DNA of 64,000 nucleotides from the human T2T-CHM13v2.0 reference genome, Homo sapiens (GCF_009914755.1 NC_060940.1); one strand, 5' to 3'. Shown: positions 11,448-26,001, counted from the stretch's first letter. Numbers and translations: made by a program. The notes: generated from the sequence alone by a model not told the origin.

Positions 11448-13137
11448 CATCCATTGGAAGAACAAGCATGGCTGCAGATAAAGTGGCCTGACAGATTGGA
11501 GCTCTCTTTCATTATTTCTGTATTCTCCATAAAATAAGCCATGCAGTCATCAGATGAAAGTGAGGAAAAAAGAGAATGTATCAGATAGGGGTATGTGATT
11601 TGCCTGAAACAATATTGATTTGACTGTTGTATCCCCCTACCCCGACACACACAAAAAAACTGTTGATAGAACCTCTTTCACTCCCAAAGGTATCCACATT
11701 TAGATAACATGTGAATGGTTTTTCTAGTGTTAGATGTTTCAGGACAGATTAAAAGATATGAAAAGTCAGTTCAAGAGAAGAGTGGGTTAACTAGGAAAAT
11801 ATAATGGCATTGCTGGAAGATGCTGAAGGCCCACTGGATATTTGTGGTCATAAGTTAAAGTTAGGCTAGTCAGAGCAGTCAGCATGCTTGTAATTTATCC
11901 ATTCACAATCAGCTGTTCAGGGTCAGGCTGAAGGCGTTGGGGTGTTGGATTTAACCAACGGTGGGATTTGCCATATGAGGTCAATAGAAGGAGAGATGGG
12001 TAACAGAGTTAAGAGTGTTTGTAAGAAAGTTATTATAAATGATGGAATGATGGTTACCAATCTAGCTTAGCCTTCATAAGGAGGGATGTAATGACATGGG
12101 GTTTGGGGTGGAGGTGACTACAAACAAAACTGTCAGTCAATGGATTAGAACAAAGATTGTTAGAGTAGGGCCACAACAGCAATGAGAAGGACTCTTGAAA
12201 TGGTGCTATCAGTAATGGCAGCTACCACTCATAAGCATCTGCCTGGGCCACCTGCTTTCCAAATGTGGCCATCTTTTGTTTCCCTTGGCTCTTTCTTGCC
12301 TCCCCCACTTACACTGTAAGGACCTGCTGCTGTCCCACCCCCCACCCCCATCCCTAGGATGGAGTCAGGATTAATGTTCAGAACTTTGAAGACCTCAAAG
12401 ATAGAGAGTGAATTTGGGATAAGGACTGAGGGATGGAAAAGACCATGGATACTGGGGTTGGGAGAGGGACTGAGAAACAAGGGAGGGAGAGCAAAAAGGA
12501 CAGACCTCCCAGAAACCCAACTGAGATTACCTTTGACCATAAATAAAAGGAAAAGGAAAGAAATGGGTTGCACTATTTATGGACTCCAGCAGTTTCTGGT
12601 AATGAAATGAATTTGCCATTCCTTCTAGGCATTGTAGGCAGAACTTAATGATTTCATGCATGTTGCATCATTTTATCATTTCAACAAGGTAAGAAACATT
12701 GGCTTCATTTTATAATGTAAGAAGAAAATTTCATGACCCCTGGGACATCCTGTGGAAAAGACAGGTAGAGCTTCTGTTGCCTTAAGTAGGCCCAGACTCT
12801 CTGTTGGCTACATGCTTGAGAAGAGTTCTTTCTTGCACATAGCCAACATGAAAGAGAAAAAATACTCAAGTTGTTGGCCTTGAGCCTTGACTAAGCAATA
12901 GTCAAGACAATAGACTTTGAAACCGTGGGGTGAGAAGTGGATGGAAGGTAGGAAGCAAGCAATATCAACTTTTAGTTGTTTGTGTTATAAGAAGAAAGAG
13001 CTTAGATTTAAGTTTGTGAGCTCAACGCTCCTTTGTCTAGGAAGACCAAAATGCAGTTTTTCTTTGTGCACAGTAAATCAATGACATTATTGTGAAATGC
13101 GTATGTGCCCATCGAGTGCCTAGCTGCTGTCTGTATT

Positions 13138-13502
13138 AGAGTTTCTCAACTTTTTGGTCTCCGGATCCACTGACACTCTTAAATATGATTACAAACTTTG
13201 AAGAGCTTGTATTTATTTGGGTTATATCTATGGATATTCAAGCTACTAACAATTAAACTGAAAAAATACATGAATACACATACATAAAAATAACACACAA
13301 GCACACATTCCATTGACTGTAAATGCAATAAAGTTATCTAGAGTTGCAGAGCTTCTAGAGAACTCCTCTATACACTGTGAGAGAATGGGCATGAAAAAGG
13401 CAAAAAGTCTTGGTATTACTATGAAAACAGTTTTGACCATACGGATTCCTGAAATTGCTTCAACAGCCCCAAGTTTGCCTGGACCACTCTTTGAGAACTG
13501 CA
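13138..13502. mobile_element. Charlie4-like hAT element
   Basis: TIR-like gtttctcaactttttggtctc ... ctttgagaactgc. Confidence 0.6.
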
Positions 13503-13789
13503 GGTCTAAAGAATCACAAAAAAGGCTGTCTGTGTTATGGGTAAAGTTGCATCTTTGCAGATGATATGAAAATGTTTCTTTTTTAAATAGAACGCATTGT
13601 TCCTACATCTTGGGAGGTGAGGGTGCATGTTCTCGTTCAAGAAGTGTCCTCAACCAGAGGAGCCCAGGAACACACAGGAAATGAAAGCATCATTCTTCAC
13701 CACAAGCATTAGGAAGAATCTTAACGGAACATAATTAAAGGGTATTGGTGAAGTCCTATGGGGGAGGTTTTTTCTTCTTTCTCCTCCTT

Positions 13790-16250
13790 TTTTAAGTATT
13801 TTACCTTCTTTTTACAATGAAAAATTCCAAACCTATGCAAAAGTAGAGCAAATAATACAAGGAGTGTGCATGTACTTGTTACCCAGCTACAAGATCCACC
13901 AGCTCAAAGCCATTCTTATTTCATCTCTACTATCCTATTCCCTCACTACACACACTAGATTACTTTGAAGCAAGTCCTAGACATTATATCATCTCATCTG
14001 AAAGTGTCAATATGTATCTCTAAATAAGAATTGTTCTCTTAAATGTAACCACGACTCCATCATTACACCTAAATTCACACTAATTCCTTAATATTATCAA
14101 GTATTCAGTTGGTGTCCACATTTCTCATAAATACTTTTTGTTGTCTCATGCTTTTTGACAGTTGGTTTATACAAATCGGAATCTACACATCTATTCATAA
14201 TATTTGTTTTCAATGTTTCTTAAACCTTTGTTAACCTTTAGGTACCTCATCCCAGCCAACTTTTTCTTGCAATTTATTTGTTAAAGAAGCTAGATTATTT
14301 GTCAGTGATGTCATTTAGCATGTTCTTCTCTACGGAGTATTTCCTATATACTGGTAGCTAGATTTAGAGGCTTGATCAGATTTGTGTTTGTTTCGGGGGC
14401 AAGTGGACTTTACAGCTGATGGTGTGTGCTTTCATCACAAGGCATATAATGTTTGCTTGCCTTCCTTTTTGTAATCTTTGCAGTCACTGATGATCCTTGC
14501 CTAGATTCACTATTTTAATACAAGTTGCAAAATCGTGATCATCTATTATTTCTTCGCTATTTACTAGCTGGATACATCTATGAAATCTCCCCTGATCAAC
14601 TATCATTTCTCTGGGGTACACTTGTGCAGAGAAGGCTGGCCAAATGCTTTATTCTTTTCCTTTATCAGTTCTCCAAACGAGTTGGTTCTCTACCATCCTC
14701 CAAAGGATCGTGAGGGATTTGTTTTAGTGTAATTGTGAACTCATGAACTTTAGCACGTTTAATGTTTCACTACATTGCCATTGTTCCTCTTTTTTTTTTT
14801 TTTTAAGTTCCGGGGTACATGTGCAGGATGTGCAGGTTTGTTACATAGGTAAGTGTGTGCCATGGTGGTTTGCCGCCCCTATCAACCCATCACCTACGTA
14901 TTAAGCCCAGCATGCATTAGCTACTTTTCCTGTTGATCTCTCCCCACCCCCGGCCTCCCCCAACAGGCCTCAGTGCATCTTGTTCCCCTCCCTGTGTGCA
15001 TGTGTTCTCATTATTCAGCTCCCACTTACAAGTGAGAACATGAAGTGTTTGGCTTTCTGTTCCTGCATTAGTTTGCTGAGGAGTGGGAATATAAATTATT
15101 TCAACCACCGTGGAAGACAGTGTGGCAATTCCTCAAAGATTTAGAACCAGAAATACCATTTGACCCAGCAATCCCATTACTGGGTAGTATATACCCAAAG
15201 GAATATAAATCATTCTATTGTAAATACACATGCACGCATATGTTCATTGCAGCACTATTCACAATAGCAAAGACATGGAATCAACCCAAATGCCCATCAA
15301 TGATAGACTGCGTAAAGAAAATATGGTACATACACATTATGGAATACTATGCAGCCATAAAAAGGAACAAGATCATGTCTTTTGCAGGGACATGGATATT
15401 CCTCTTCTTATTGCCCAAATTGCTCCTGCTTTGGGTAGCAGGAGCTCCTGAGCCTTTGATAGCATCCTTGCTTTCTAGTATAAGATACTCAGACTCATCT
15501 TGACCATTTCCTCCACCAGACTTAGGGTCTAACATTTCACCAATGATTCCTGGTTCCTTGTACTGAGAAATATTAAGATACCATGAAGCGAACACCAGGT
15601 TGTGGCTATGGGTTGATCATTGTTTCTAGTTGTTTCCAGTGGACAAAGCCCAAAATGTTTTGTAGTTCTTTTGGAACTTAGAGTATATCCCACAAAAGAT
15701 GTCCAGTCAAATGACTGTTTTAAAGTCCCTTGAAACAACTTCATGCTTGGTTGCATCACCAACTCACTATGTGCTTAGATTCACTTGTTTTCATTTTGAT
15801 TTTTAGGGATTACATTTTAACTGTTAATTTTTTAATTGTGTGAAACATTTACATGATTCCAAAATTAAATCGACAAACAAGGTATAGTTAGAGAAGTCTA
15901 GCTTCCTTCACTCCCCTTGTAGGTAACCATTCTATTTCATGGTTTTTTACTGAATTTTTAATATAAACCAATAAGCACATACATGTATATACCCCCTTTT
16001 CTTAGAAAAAAGTTGGCATGCTATGCAGTTTTCTCTACCTTGCTTTTTTCAGTAAGTAGTATATTCTAGAGATCATCCTTAACATTATTCAGAATTACTC
16101 TTCCTTCCAACAGCTGCATAATACCCCATGATGTGGCTGTATCATAGTTTATTCAACCAGTCCCCTGTTGATGGACAGCCTTTTACAATTACAAATAGTA
16201 CTGCAATAATTAGCTTTATGCCTGTGTCTTTTTGAGTTTCTGCTAGCCTA
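13790..16250 (-). mobile_element. Old L1MC/L1ME 3' region, interrupted by an L1PA
   Basis: Typical L1MC 3' UTR motifs (ttttgaagcaagtcctagacat, ttcctatatactggtag). Confidence 0.65.
14790..15397 (-). mobile_element. 5'-inverted L1PA 3' end (twin priming)
   Basis: Poly-T plus L1 3' UTR on minus (14790-15082) joined to plus-sense ORF2 end (15083-15397); TSD-like ttcctctt at 14784 and 15399. Confidence 0.9.
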
Positions 16251-17118
16251 TAGGGGGACTTCAATTTTATGCTGAGTAATTTGACTGAAGAAAACGTACG
16301 GGTGCCTGATCGTTACAATCTGTTCGGAGAGAGTGTCCAAAAGAACACTGTGGGCAGGGCGTTAGGCTTATTTTTATTTCTGAGAAGTGTGGCCTCTGCA
16401 ACTGTCAATCATCCTGGTGGGAACCAATCTGGGGATGACAAGTGAGAATTTGCAGAGGGGCGGGAACCTGAAGCTCCACCACGGAAAAGGGCATCAGAGG
16501 AAGCCACCAGCAAATAAATGAGGGTGAGCAGACTGTACCAGGGTCATCCCATCTAGGAAGTGGCCCTGGAAGTGCTGGCTGGGGACTCAGACAGAGGCAC
16601 TTGAACCTGTGGACTCAGAGAATAACCCAGTTACTGGTTTTAATTTTCTCTGTGTTCAGTTTTTCTTGTTTTATGTCAAGAACTTTAGACAAGTTCTGTG
16701 AAATGTTACAGTCATATCTCAGTTGTGCTGTGGAAAATTCAGAGACAGCTGTGTATGTGCTTGGAATGTGGTAATAAAGCTGAGAGTGACCATGCCTCCT
16801 ACCCACTGTCCCCAAGGCTGAGACTGGCAGTGACAGCAACTCAAGGGAACACTATGGCTGGCAATTCCAGGAGGCTGATCCTGTAGAGAAATCCTCATGG
16901 ACAGAGAATGGTGCCATGGAATTAGGAGATGGTTCAGACTTGGGTCCTGTTGAATGCAGTCAGATATCCTGATGAAGGCAGGCCACAGAAAAGATGCGTA
17001 GATACGCGTTCTCAAGAGCACCTTCCTTCAAAGTAGGAAAAGACTATTGTATTAACTGGGGAAATAATAATGATTGAGTGATCGATAAACAGGCTACAAA
17101 ACAAGGAGTCTGGTACAC

Positions 17119-17492
17119 CATTTTCCTAATTAACCATTTATAAAATATAAAATAATTTCTGGAATATAAACAGATACATTTTCTTAGTCCATTTGGGCAG
17201 CTATAACAAAATACCATAGACTGGGTAAACTGTAAAAAACACAATTTACTTCTCAATGTTCTGGAGGCTGGGAAGTCCAAGATCAAGGCAGACTGACCTT
17301 TTTATAACCATTTTAGAGACTCATTTTCCCAATTAACCATTTATAAAATATAATTTCTGGAATTAAATAGACACATTGTCTTAGTCCATTTGGGCAGCTA
17401 TAACAAAATACCATAGACTGGGTAAACTGTAAACAACATCATTTATTTCTCAAAGTTCGGGAGGCTGGGAAGTCCAAGATCAAGGCAGATTG
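17119..17492. repeat. Tandem duplication, ~200-bp period
   Basis: 17119-17295 matches 17323-17492. Confidence 0.9.
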
Positions 17493-17733
17493 TACTGGGG
17501 AGGGCTCATTTTCTGGTTCACAGATGACACCTTCTCTCTGCATCCTGGAATGATGGAGAGGCAAGACAGCTCTCTGGGGGGCCTCCTTTATAAGCGCACT
17601 CATCCCATTCATGAGGGCTCTACCCTGGTGACCTAATCATCTCCCAAAGGTGCCTCTCTTAAAACCATCACACTGGTGCTTAGGGTTCAATGTAAAAATT
17701 TGCAGAGGGGAAACAAACATTCAGACCTCAGCA
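17377..17733 (-). mobile_element. MLT1A-family solo LTR
   Basis: TG...CA ends, 5-bp TSD cacat (17372-17376 / 17734-17738). Confidence 0.85.
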
Positions 17734-17739
17734 CACATC

Positions 17740-18600
17740 AAAGTGAAAATGACAGCAATCAAGTAAGAATGGGTAACGGAATCATAAGTAATTACATTTC
17801 CTTTGTCTTTTTCTGTGTTTTTTTAAAGTTTCTCTATTGAGTACACACTTATTTTGAAATTAAAGTGCTATTTTGAAATAATTTTTAAAATACTCTCAGA
17901 AAAAAACTGAAAACAGCATTAACAGGAAATATAGAAATGAAATACACATGGGCAATGAACTTACGAAATAGGCTATTCAAACACACTTGTAATAAAAGAA
18001 ATTCAGTATAAAACAACACTGAAATGTCATTTTAATCAATTATTTTTAAAAATTATTTCAATATATAGTGTTGCTAAGGATGTAGAGAAAATGGCTCATA
18101 TACAATTTTGGAAGGAAGCTAAATTACTGCTTTCTTTTCTGAAAGGAAATTTGGAATTGTTTATCATACTCCTTGAAATATTCCTACTCTAGGGCCCAGT
18201 AACTTAACTTCCACAAAATAGTCTAACTAAAAATATCAGATATGTGCATAATGACTTATGTTTTAAAGTATTTATTATAGTTATTTTTAATACCAAAAAA
18301 CATCAAAACTCAAGTGTTCAAAACTAAAGGTTAATATTCTGCAGGCAATTAAAATCATGACCTTTAAGAAAAATAGTTAATGACATGGTGGTAAAGTTCC
18401 TTATATCTTGTTGAGTAGAAATAGCAGATTACAAAGCAGTATGTCTAGTATCACCACAGTTTTATTTATAGAATTGTGTGCATATGTGTAAAGATGTTAG
18501 CAGTGATTGAGTCTAGAAAGAGATTTGGGTTTTCTACCCTAGACATTGTTGAATTTTCCAAATGTTCTGCAACGAACCTTTAATACATACACACTTAAAA
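17740..18600 (+). mobile_element. L1ME-like fragment
   Basis: A-rich degenerate L1 ORF2 3' end motifs. Confidence 0.5.
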
Positions 18601-18721
18601 CATAGATATATTTATAGCATTCGAACATAATGTTATTTAAACATATAAAAACAATGTTTTTTAATTTTTTTTTCTAGACAGAGTCTTGATCTGTCTTATT
18701 CCACCCTGACATGCTAAGCAT

Positions 18722-19030
18722 TTGGTTGTTTTTGTTTTTGTTTTTGTTTTGAGACGAAGTCTCACTCTGTCCCCGAGGCTGGAGTGCAGTGGTGTGATCT
18801 TGGCTCACTCCAACCTCCGCCTCCTGGGTTCAAGCTATTCTCCTGCCTCAGTCTCCCGAGTAGCTGAGATTATAGGCACACTCCTCCATGCCTGGCTAAT
18901 TGTTGTATTTTTAGTAGAGAGAGGGTTTTACCATGTTGGTCAAGCTGGTCTCGAACTCCTGACCTCGTGACCCGCCCGCCTCAGCCTCCCAAAATGCTGG
19001 GATTACAGGAGTGAACCACCGCCCCTGGCC
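18722..19030 (-). mobile_element. AluS
   Basis: Full reverse Alu with (TTTTTG)n tail. Confidence 0.95.
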
Positions 19031-19034
19031 GGAA

Positions 19035-20330
19035 ATGTGTTTTAAAAGCAAGATTCTGGAAAAGCAGTCTACAGAGAAGTGATGGGAGGAGGCTAGAACA
19101 ATCCATGTGGTAATGGACTGGAGCTGGAGATGTCAGTGTGAACATATTCCACTTAATATAGATACAGATAGTTATGTATAAAAATATGTATATATATGCA
19201 GGTAGGTATATACACATTTCCTTATTCTGTCAACTGAGAGGGTCTAGAAGTAACAACACCCCAGTAGCATTGAGGAAACCCACTGCCCAGATCCGGATTT
19301 CTAATACTGTTCTCCAGTAAAAAGAACCAGAGTGTTTTTGCTTTAGAGGAATGGCTGATTCCAGGACTAGGATGGGAAATATCCAAGATGAGCCTGGAAC
19401 ATCTTATGATTCCAGAAAATAAGGAAGTGCTCAAAAATAAATAAACCCACAGCGATGGGGGCATGTCAAAGGAGCCAACTGAAAATGCTGCCAGTGGCCG
19501 AAGCTGGGACAATTTGAGTCAAAATAAATGAAGTAGTATTGGATTAAATTCAAAGTATAAAATAAATATTTATGATTCAATAGTGAAATAACTAAATAAG
19601 AAAATGGTTGAGAATAGACCATTTTCCTGTGCAGGAGAATTCCAAGTAATGTATATAGATGCTCCCGCCTCAAGGAGATTGAGCATAAATTCCCACTCCT
19701 TAAGAATGGGATGCACATAGTGACTTCCTTCCAACGAGTACAGTATGGAAAGGGTGAGGGGGTAAGCAGTGATAACCTTACTTTAGAGAAACCTGACAAA
19801 CACTACCTTAGCCAGGTGATCAACACCAACAGCAACAGTGACAAATCATGTGAACAGCATGTACCCTTGTTATGACATGATAAAAATGATATTTCTCTCA
19901 AAAACCCATAATCCCAGTCAAATCATGAGGAAAACATCAGACAAATCTCAGCCAAAGGGCATTCTGCAAAATATACAACCAGTACTCCTCGGAACTGTCA
20001 AGGGTATCAAAAACAAGGGAAGTCGGAGAAACTGTCACAACTAAGAGGAATATAAGGAGACATGTCAATCAAATGTAATGTGGGATCCTGGATGGGATCC
20101 TGGGACAGAAAAAAGAATATTGATAAAAATTAAGGTAATCTGAAGAAAATACAGACTTTAGTTAATGATAATGTATCAATGTTGGTCACCAATTATGACA
20201 AATGTGCCCTATTAATGTATTGTATTAATAATAGGGAAAACTGAGCAATATATGGATCTCTCTCTATTACCTTTGCAAATGTTCTGTAAATCAAAAAATA
20301 TTCTAAGAAATAACATTGTTTTTAAACCAA
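19035..20330 (+). mobile_element. L1MC 3' UTR
   Basis: gagaaacctgacaaacactacctt, gggatcctggatgggatcctgg motifs. Confidence 0.75.
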
Positions 20331-20866
20331 GGTTCTTAAACAACAACAAAAAAACAATAAAAGCATTTTCATAAATTGACTCTTCAGAATAGGTGGAAGA
20401 CCATTAAAGGCCAAGTTATCTCTGGAAAAAAGTTTATTTTATTGATCTAAATTAACAGTATAGCTAAAAATACATATTAAGAAGAAGAATATTTTTCTCT
20501 TAAGAGTGAATTATTACACTTTTCTGAATGTATAATTATCTACAAAGCTGTAATTTCAATATTCTTTAGCACAAGGTAAGTGGGAAAATAAGGAATTTAA
20601 TCTGAGAAAAGACACACCTACTAAATAATAAGAAAGTCAGGAACAGCCTACCTCTAAAGATAAGCTACTCCAAAATCTAGAAGAAAAATTTCAAAACCTA
20701 GCTGAGATTCTCAAAAAAGAACAAAAAATAATAAGCTTTTCTAATACTAGAGAGTCATAAGATTGAGATGAATAGGCAACAGAAAGATTTTTTTTTTAAT
20801 GTGAATGACAGAAAAGATTTCAAGGAAACTTTAAATGCTGTAGTAAAATTAAAATCAACATTGTAA

Positions 20867-21169
20867 GGCTGGGCGTGGTGGTTTACACCTGTAATCCCAG
20901 CACTTTGGGAGGCCAAGACAGGCAGATTGCTTGAGGCCAGAAATTCAAGACCAGCCTGGCAAACATGGTGAAACCCCGTCTCTACTAAAAACAAAAAAAC
21001 TAGCCAGGCATGGTGGTGCATACCTGTAACCCCAGCTACTCAGGAGGCTGAGGCAGAAGAATCACTTTAATCTGGGAGACAGAGGTTGCAGTGAGCTGAA
21101 ATTGTGCCACTGCACTCTGGCTTGGGAGACAGAGTGAGACCCTGTCTCAAAAAAAAAAAAACAAAAAAA
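20867..21169 (+). mobile_element. Alu (S/J)
   Basis: Full dimer; TSD caacattgta. Confidence 0.95.
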
Positions 21170-21644
21170 CCAACATTGTAGACAATTGACAGTACATGAC
21201 GTGGACAGTAAACTTCAGAATACTCCCTTTCCCCTTGCCCCTCAGAATTTAGCATAAAAAGACAAAGATTTTAAGATGAAGAAGGAAGGTATGATAATTA
21301 TGGAAAATGGAGATTAGAGAACAAAGATAAGATAAAAATTATGACTAAAGAGAAAAAATACAACAAAAGCAAAATCTGAAGATATCATAAAGAAAGTGGT
21401 GAGCTAAAGTTTTAACAGTTTAAACCTGTAACCATTTTATACAAAGAAAGTAGTCATTTACATGTATAGACAACACAATAACATTCTCATATTAACAAGA
21501 ACTCAGAAAATATACTTTTCATGTGCCCTTCTTGAAAAAGAACCTGCCTGATTGTATGATCTAATCAAAATTTAAATCTTAGGAATGGGTCGGCAATAAA
21601 TACTGAAACTGGTAAAAATACTTCAGTCATTTTAAATCTAGTTT

Positions 21645-21839
<195 letters not shown>

Positions 21840-22661
21840 TAACGATGTAATAATAATTTGGTACCAAGATCTGTGAAGAAGGAGGAAGTGAATTATACTA
21901 AATACTTTCTCTCACATAGAAGACAGAGCATTGGGAGCCCAAACATAACTGCTTTGCTCCTGATCTTAGAAACAAATTTAAAACACCAAAGATAATTCAT
22001 TACTAGAACTTACGTGCTATATTAGCCTCTAAAACACCGACAAATATAACAGTTAAGTCATTATACTCTACACAGCTTAAGGTAGAAAATAAAGGAGACA
22101 GCAAGAAGTTAACAAAAAACATGAGTTAAGATAGCAGGGGCAATATCTATCATAAGGACCAAGGTGAATGGGATAAATGCCCAGAGAGAGGCAAAGATTC
22201 TTAAATTAGGCCCCCAAATTATGATGGGTCAGAAACAACATGTTTTTCACAAAATACAAATACAAAAGTGATTATAACATGTTTAAAAAACAAGAAATGT
22301 AAGAGACATGGTACAAATGTAAAATGAATATTAGATTAAAAAAAATCTAGACAAAAACACTAAATGGAACAAAGGGGGACATTTTACAAGAATAAGAGTC
22401 ATAATTCAAAATAAGGATACGACGCACTATTCAGCAAATACTTATCAATGCTCACAGCTTTTCAAAAAAAATCATGTAAAACATCTAATGCTAACTGCTA
22501 CTAAAAGTTAAAGTAAGATAAATAACTTTTTTGGGTTGTTCTATTCCTCAGAATATTCCATTTAAATACATTTTTTAATGTTAGCAATACAAAGAAAAAC
22601 TGACAAAAACTGTAATTTGGAAAAACTCAAACATACCATTTCTGTTTTAGGCAGGTCAATT

Positions 22662-22663
<2 letters not shown>

Positions 22664-22711
<48 letters not shown>
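22664..22711. repeat. (TA)n microsatellite
   Basis: Uninterrupted TA run. Confidence 0.97.
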
Positions 22712-22713
<2 letters not shown>

Positions 22714-22724
22714 CTAGAATATTA

Positions 22725-23205
<481 letters not shown>

Positions 23206-23435
23206 ACACAGAACACATAATAAAGTGCAATAATACTATAAATAAATTACAGGCATTGCCTGAGGATAATAGATTCTGAGAATAATCCTTTCAAAGCAAA
23301 TCCCCTTATAAGGAAGTTCAAAATTTTATAATGTGAAAAAAAAGTTGGAGTGGAACTTTACCTTGAAAATTCAAACAAAAAATTATCACAGGGAGTCTAT
23401 TTTATTGCATATATAATAAAATTAAAGAACAAACA

Positions 23436-23731
23436 TTTTATTTATTTATTTATTTTTTGAGACCAAGTCTCACTCTTGTCACCTAGGCTGGAGCGCAGTG
23501 GCGTGACCTCGGCTCACTGCAACCTCCGCCTCTTGGGTTCAAGCCAATTCTCCTGCCTCAGCCTCCTGAGTAGCTGGGATTACAGGTGCTTACCACCAAG
23601 CCTGGCTAACTTTTGTGTGTGTGTGTGTGTGTGTGTTTTTAGTAGAGATGGGGTTTCACCATATTGGCCAGGCTGGTCTTAAACTCTTGACCTCAAGTAA
23701 TCTGCCCACCTCGGCCTCCCAAAGTGCTGGG
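23436..23731 (-). mobile_element. AluS with (TG)n in the linker
   Basis: Reverse Alu. Confidence 0.95.
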
Positions 23732-23739
23732 AAAAATTA

Positions 23740-24120
23740 AACATTGATTTTTGGCATATTTGTTCTGACAAAATTTAGGAGCTCAGGATACAGCCATCCT
23801 TCGTATTTGAATAATCAAGAGTAATTTTTCTTAAGAAATATCAAAGCCTTTATCAGTTTCCCAAAGGTCCTTTTAATGATTTTCTATTTAGATATTTCTT
23901 CTCTGAAGCTACCATGTCATCATCTTTGTAGATTTTTCTCTTTTAGCTGCATTCTGCCAGATCCTAATTTATCAAAGAAATTTGAGTGATTCCAGCAGTT
24001 CTCCAACATCACTTTCATCAACTTCATAAAATTCTACAGGATCTCTTTTTAATCAAATCTAATGTGTCTGCTATGTTTTGTCAGAAAAATATGCATAAAT
24101 CAACTAGCGGTTACTAGACA
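23740..24120 (-). mobile_element. Tigger-family transposase remnant
   Basis: Minus translation ...YEVDESDVGELLES... resembles the Tigger C-terminal acidic motif. Confidence 0.45.
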
Positions 24121-24617
24121 AAGAAATATGACCAGATTAACAGGTATAAGCCCTGGTCTTACTGGTCAAGAAACATTGAAGATAAGAGCAATTTTATAAG
24201 TAATTAATTCATCAGTAAACCTTTCATGTTACAACAACTTTGCTACCTTATACAACTTCATAACTATAGGGAGTTAGATATTAAAGACCTCCCTTCATGG
24301 AATATAAAACAAATTCTGTCCTACGTAATTATGTATAAGAAGATAACAAAATTGCAATGACCTTATTTAGACATTAATTACAGTGAAAACAGATTATATC
24401 AAAACCAATGGAATACAGTCAAGGTGTTAATCAGTGAGTTATTTACGGAGTTAAATGCTTTCATTATTAAATAATATGGAAAATAAACTAAGCACTTAAC
24501 TTTTTAAAAAGCTGGAAAAGGATATGAAATTTAAAAATCAGGAATTAACAAATATAAATCAAAAAACAAATCCAATCTCTAATTTTTTGAAAAGACTAAT
24601 GCATTCCAAGTCTACAC

Positions 24618-24722
24618 AAGAGAAAGGAAGACAGGGAAAGAGAAAAAGAGGGAGGACGAAAAGGAGGAAGAAAGGGAGGAAGAGAAGGAGGAAGGAAGGA
24701 GGGAGGGAAGAGAGAAGCAAGG
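24618..24722. repeat. GA-rich low-complexity tract
   Basis: Nearly pure purine run. Confidence 0.85.
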
Positions 24723-26001
24723 CAATCACATAATGTTAGGAATGGTAAAAGGTCTAAAGAAATCAGGTTCTGGAAGGTTTTCAGTCCATTTGTTCTTAAA
24801 TCTAAAGTAACATAAAGTGACTGTATCGCCATCTGTTGGTAGCAGATGGAGTTGACACCTTTGCTCTGCCTTTGTTCGTACCTTAAAACCCTTGTAAAGT
24901 GAAATTTCAATATTGTTTTTAATTTACAACTTCTGAAATATTTTAAATGGTACAAGATACTTTAGAGGCTATGTCAATCAATTTTTAAATTATGACTAAC
25001 GGGAAAATTTTGCTGGAAATTATAAATAGCTAAAACTGACTCAAGAGTTCATTTAACTAATTGCTTCAATATCATTTATTAATAATTTGACTCAAAAACT
25101 CAAAAATCCAAATGGCCATGTAAGAAGTAAAAAGAAAACAAGTTCTCCCCAACATGGTTTAGGATCAATTGAATACTTTTAAGAAAGCAATTAATTCCTA
25201 TATCTTCCAAACTCTTCGAAAATGTTATTTTAAAAAGAAGATTCTCTAATTTAATAAAATCAGTATAACTCTGATACCACAGAAAAAGCTGACAAAAATA
25301 TCCCTAAAGGAAATGTGAAGACAAATTAAAATTTAAATATAGATACAAAAAGTCATCCAAATAATTATAGCAAGTTAATACAACTGCATATTCAAAGAAT
25401 ATCACTGTCGAGTCAGCATTATTTTTAGACATGCAAGGATAGTTCAATATTATAAAATCATCAGTATAATTTAATAATAGAAACAAGCAAAAAATCCTGT
25501 GAAGAGCTTTAAGGACAAAAAAAAAGCCTTTGATAAATTCAACTGTATTCTTGGTTGAACAATCCTACTGCACTAGGGTTAGAGGAAAAGTTCATAAATA
25601 TCAGTAAGATTCCCCCTCCTTCTAAAATCTTTCTTACTCTTGTAAAAAAAATTATGAATGAAATAACCAGTTACAACTACTTATAAAATATCACAGGGGA
25701 AACTAATTTTGCAAAAGTATCAAAAACTTATTTTTTCTTGAAAAAAATAAATCTGAAGCTTAAGACACGCTTCTAAAAATCTACAAAACTCTAAGAAAAA
25801 TAAAAAATAGACATGGACAAATAAAGTGGCATACTATATTCATGGATGAAACGACAATATTGCAAACAAATCAGTTCTTTTCCGAATTAATCCACTTATA
25901 TAGTGCAATTCCAACCTATATCTCAATAGGGCTTCTTTTTTTGGAATGAATACAGGTTTTCAAAAATTCAACTAGAATAGTAAATAGAGAATACCCAAGA
26001 C

